DNA of 35,616 bases from Octopus bimaculoides (Eukaryota), in assembly GCF_001194135.2 (NCBI RefSeq), contig NC_068995.1:30532931-30568546 (forward strand), in the 5' to 3' direction. A program made the position numbers and the translations under genes. Positions 33,456 to 35,616 of this stretch are shown here, piece after piece; position 1 is the first letter of the stretch, and each line of letters opens with the position of its first letter. Below the pieces are notes generated by a model. The model worked only from the letters and a program-made list of their open reading frames with translations, made no database searches and was not told the origin of the DNA.

Positions 33456-33577
33456 TGTGTGTGTGTGTGTGTGTGTGTGTGAGTGAGTGAGTGAGTGAGT
33501 GAGTGAGTGAGTGAGTGAGAGAGTGAGTGAGAGAGTGAGTGAGTGAGTGAGTGAGTGAGTGAGTGAGTGAGTGAGAG
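33456..33577. repeat. (TG)n followed by (GAGT)n microsatellite
   Basis: Directly visible. Confidence 0.97.
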
Positions 33578-34326
33578 TGCATGTCCGTTTATTTTTTATG
33601 TAACTCAAAAATTAATCTAAGGACGTAATGTATTTATAACCACATTGAAAAGTTGTCCAAATCATTGGAAACTGAGCTAAAATAGTTATTTTGTTTCAAA
33701 GGAAACCTGTCCAGATTTGATACTTTGCTGTATTTATATGCTCTATTCTGGTTCCTCTGGGCAAGCTTAAAGAAAAACGCATATGAAATCTTTTGTTCTC
33801 CCCTTCCTATCTTTCAATAACTATCATTTCTCTCCTGCCTATCTGTAAAGCCAATGCCTGTAAGATTCTTTATCTCGATAAAATAACTACGGAAGGCATG
33901 CTTTGAGAAAAACGAATGTTACAGCTCTCTTTCTGTCAGTTCTTCGTCAACAATTCTTTGTAATTGATGTCGCTAACTTGACAGGCTAAATGGTTGAATG
34001 GGTTTGACTTTTTGACTAGTAAAAATTCTGACCAAAACATATCAACAATCCCATAATTCTTAATTAGTCAGCTCAAATGTTGTCATGACTTTGGAATATT
34101 TATTTTGCTCACGTTTTGAAATTATTATCATTAACCATCCTCTGTATTGAACAAATTTTCAAAAATTCTGAAATCAGAAATAGAATATAGCTAATTAATC
34201 TTTCGTTCATTTACTAAAATTATCTTTCTATTTTGTTGAAACAGATTTACAATTCACGCACACACTCACACACACGTACACTATTACTTTCATAAGATCT
34301 GTAGGATTTTCGAAATATTTGTCCAA

Positions 34327-34965
34327 ATGACTGAAATGTGTGTTATAGAAGAAATTTTGAAAAATAGTTTTTCAAAAAAAGGCTTCGAAGGGAAACAATT
34401 GTCTATAAATGGTGGTCGACCAACATTGAAATTACTTGATTTGTGAATTTACAGCAAGAAATTCATGAGATAATTTCAGGTTAATCTGGAAAAGAGAAAA
34501 CAAAAAATGGTTAACTGGTAGTGCTACGCATAATAAGTTATTCTGCTGACCATGAGTGTTGTTTTGTTTAGAATAAACTGTTTGAAATGATAAAGGTTAT
34601 GATGATTTGAATAATTTATATATGGTTATGCTAAAACATGACCGTTCTCAAAGGCATATAAAATCTTTGATAGATCTTAAAACATTCGGGAATGTCAGCA
34701 TACACTTACAATTAGATGCGTGTAAAACAAAAAATAGAACATACAACATCATAATGAGGAAGTTAGACGAAACAGATCCATTCTGCAACGACTGATTGAT
34801 GTAGTTATTTTGTAGGTCGTCAGGAATTATCATTTCGGGGTCATTTTGAATCCGAAGAATGTAATAATCGTGGAAATTATAAAGAACTCTCATATTTAAT
34901 CAGTAAATATGACGGAAAATTTGAAAGCCATCTAGATACAGCTTCTATCTTCTCCGGTCTCTCAC
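34327..34965 (+). pseudogene. hAT-superfamily transposase 5' fragment (ZnF-TTF + DUF4371, ZMYM1-like)
   Basis: MTEMCVIEEILKNSFS...GRP...KWLTGSATHNKLFC*P*VLF...V*NDKGYDDLNNL...KHDRSQRH (TTF zinc finger, with W/C codons mutated to TGA), then VRRNRSILQRLIDVVI(F)LGRQELSFRGHFESEECNNRGNYKELSYLISKYD...HL...FSGLS (DUF4371 signature FRGHDE...NRGNF.EL). Confidence 0.85.
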
Positions 34966-35596
34966 TCGAACAGCCTCTTCTGATACTTACTGAACTCAGG
35001 ACATTGAAAGACAATGACGCGCACGCATACACATACACACACATTGAAACATACACACATAAATATAAACATACACACATACATTAAAAGATGTGTATGT
35101 GTTTATGTATAAATCATTTTGTATAAATAACTTTCTGTTACATTCTTTCAAATTTCCTTTCACCATTAGGTAAGTGTAATTTACATTCGTTTTCTCCTTG
35201 CATGTTGCGATATTTCACATCATTGCTACACCCAACAATTGAAAAGAGACGCTAGGTTTAGTGTTTTTAAGGCTTTTTACAATGTTGAATTTTCGATGTC
35301 TTTCATTGTGTGTGTTTATGTGTTTGCGTGGATGTTCAATGTGCGCGCGCGTGTGTGCTTGAGACGTAGGCTTTTAATGTACGGGGTTCAGTAAGTATCA
35401 GAGCAGGCTGCTCGCGTGAGTGTCAATTATTTTGCTGAAATTGGCGGGATAAAGCAACTGATTTGTCTTTTACAGTGTAACGGTCTAAAACCATGGCCAT
35501 ATTACGTAACTAAATGTGTTCTCTTAGTTAAATAATTTAAAAATGATTCAGCTCAACGAATAAGTATTTATTGCATGACCAGCCTCAGAAGTCACC

Positions 35597-35607
35597 GCAC
35601 GCCACTG
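35597..35607 (+). mobile_element. Probable right terminal inverted repeat of a hAT element (GCACGCCACTG; reverse complement CAGTGGCGTGC)
   Basis: CAGTGGCG-type termini are typical of hAT elements; it lies ~640 bp downstream of the truncated transposase and is followed by (AT)n. No matching left TIR was found in the window. Confidence 0.4.
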
Positions 35608-35616
35608 ATATATATA

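Overview
Repeat-dense, AT-rich animal genomic DNA with no recognisable host gene, from a gapped assembly (9 N-runs, most next to microsatellites). The SINE families look like octopus/coleoid cephalopod repeats (from memory, not a search). Contents: (1) an R4/Dong-clade non-LTR retrotransposon with both ends kept but internal deletions, between (AAT)n and (GAT)n tracts (6.76-9.45 kb); (2) three co-oriented, variably decayed copies of a second RLE-type (R4-like) LINE, separated by (TACA)n tracts (22.5-26.8 kb); (3) two RTE/BovB-like fragments; (4) two or three decayed Penelope-like elements; (5) a decayed L1/Tx1-like ORF1; (6) the 5' part of a hAT transposase (TTF zinc finger + DUF4371), with a probable 3' TIR at the window end; (7) about 14 copies or fragments of a tRNA-derived SINE with a Meta/MESC-like core and 4 of a CORE-type SINE with an internal microsatellite; (8) many micro- and minisatellites. 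Best novelty candidates: a ~600 bp non-coding element inside (TACA)n with 30 bp direct repeats, 15 bp and 11 bp inverted repeats and a minimal type I hammerhead-like motif (retrozyme/PLE-derivative-like); apparent (TACA)n targeting by an RLE LINE; and a ~500 bp non-coding element between triplet microsatellites next to the Dong element. All boundaries were placed by eye and are approximate unless exact motifs are quoted.
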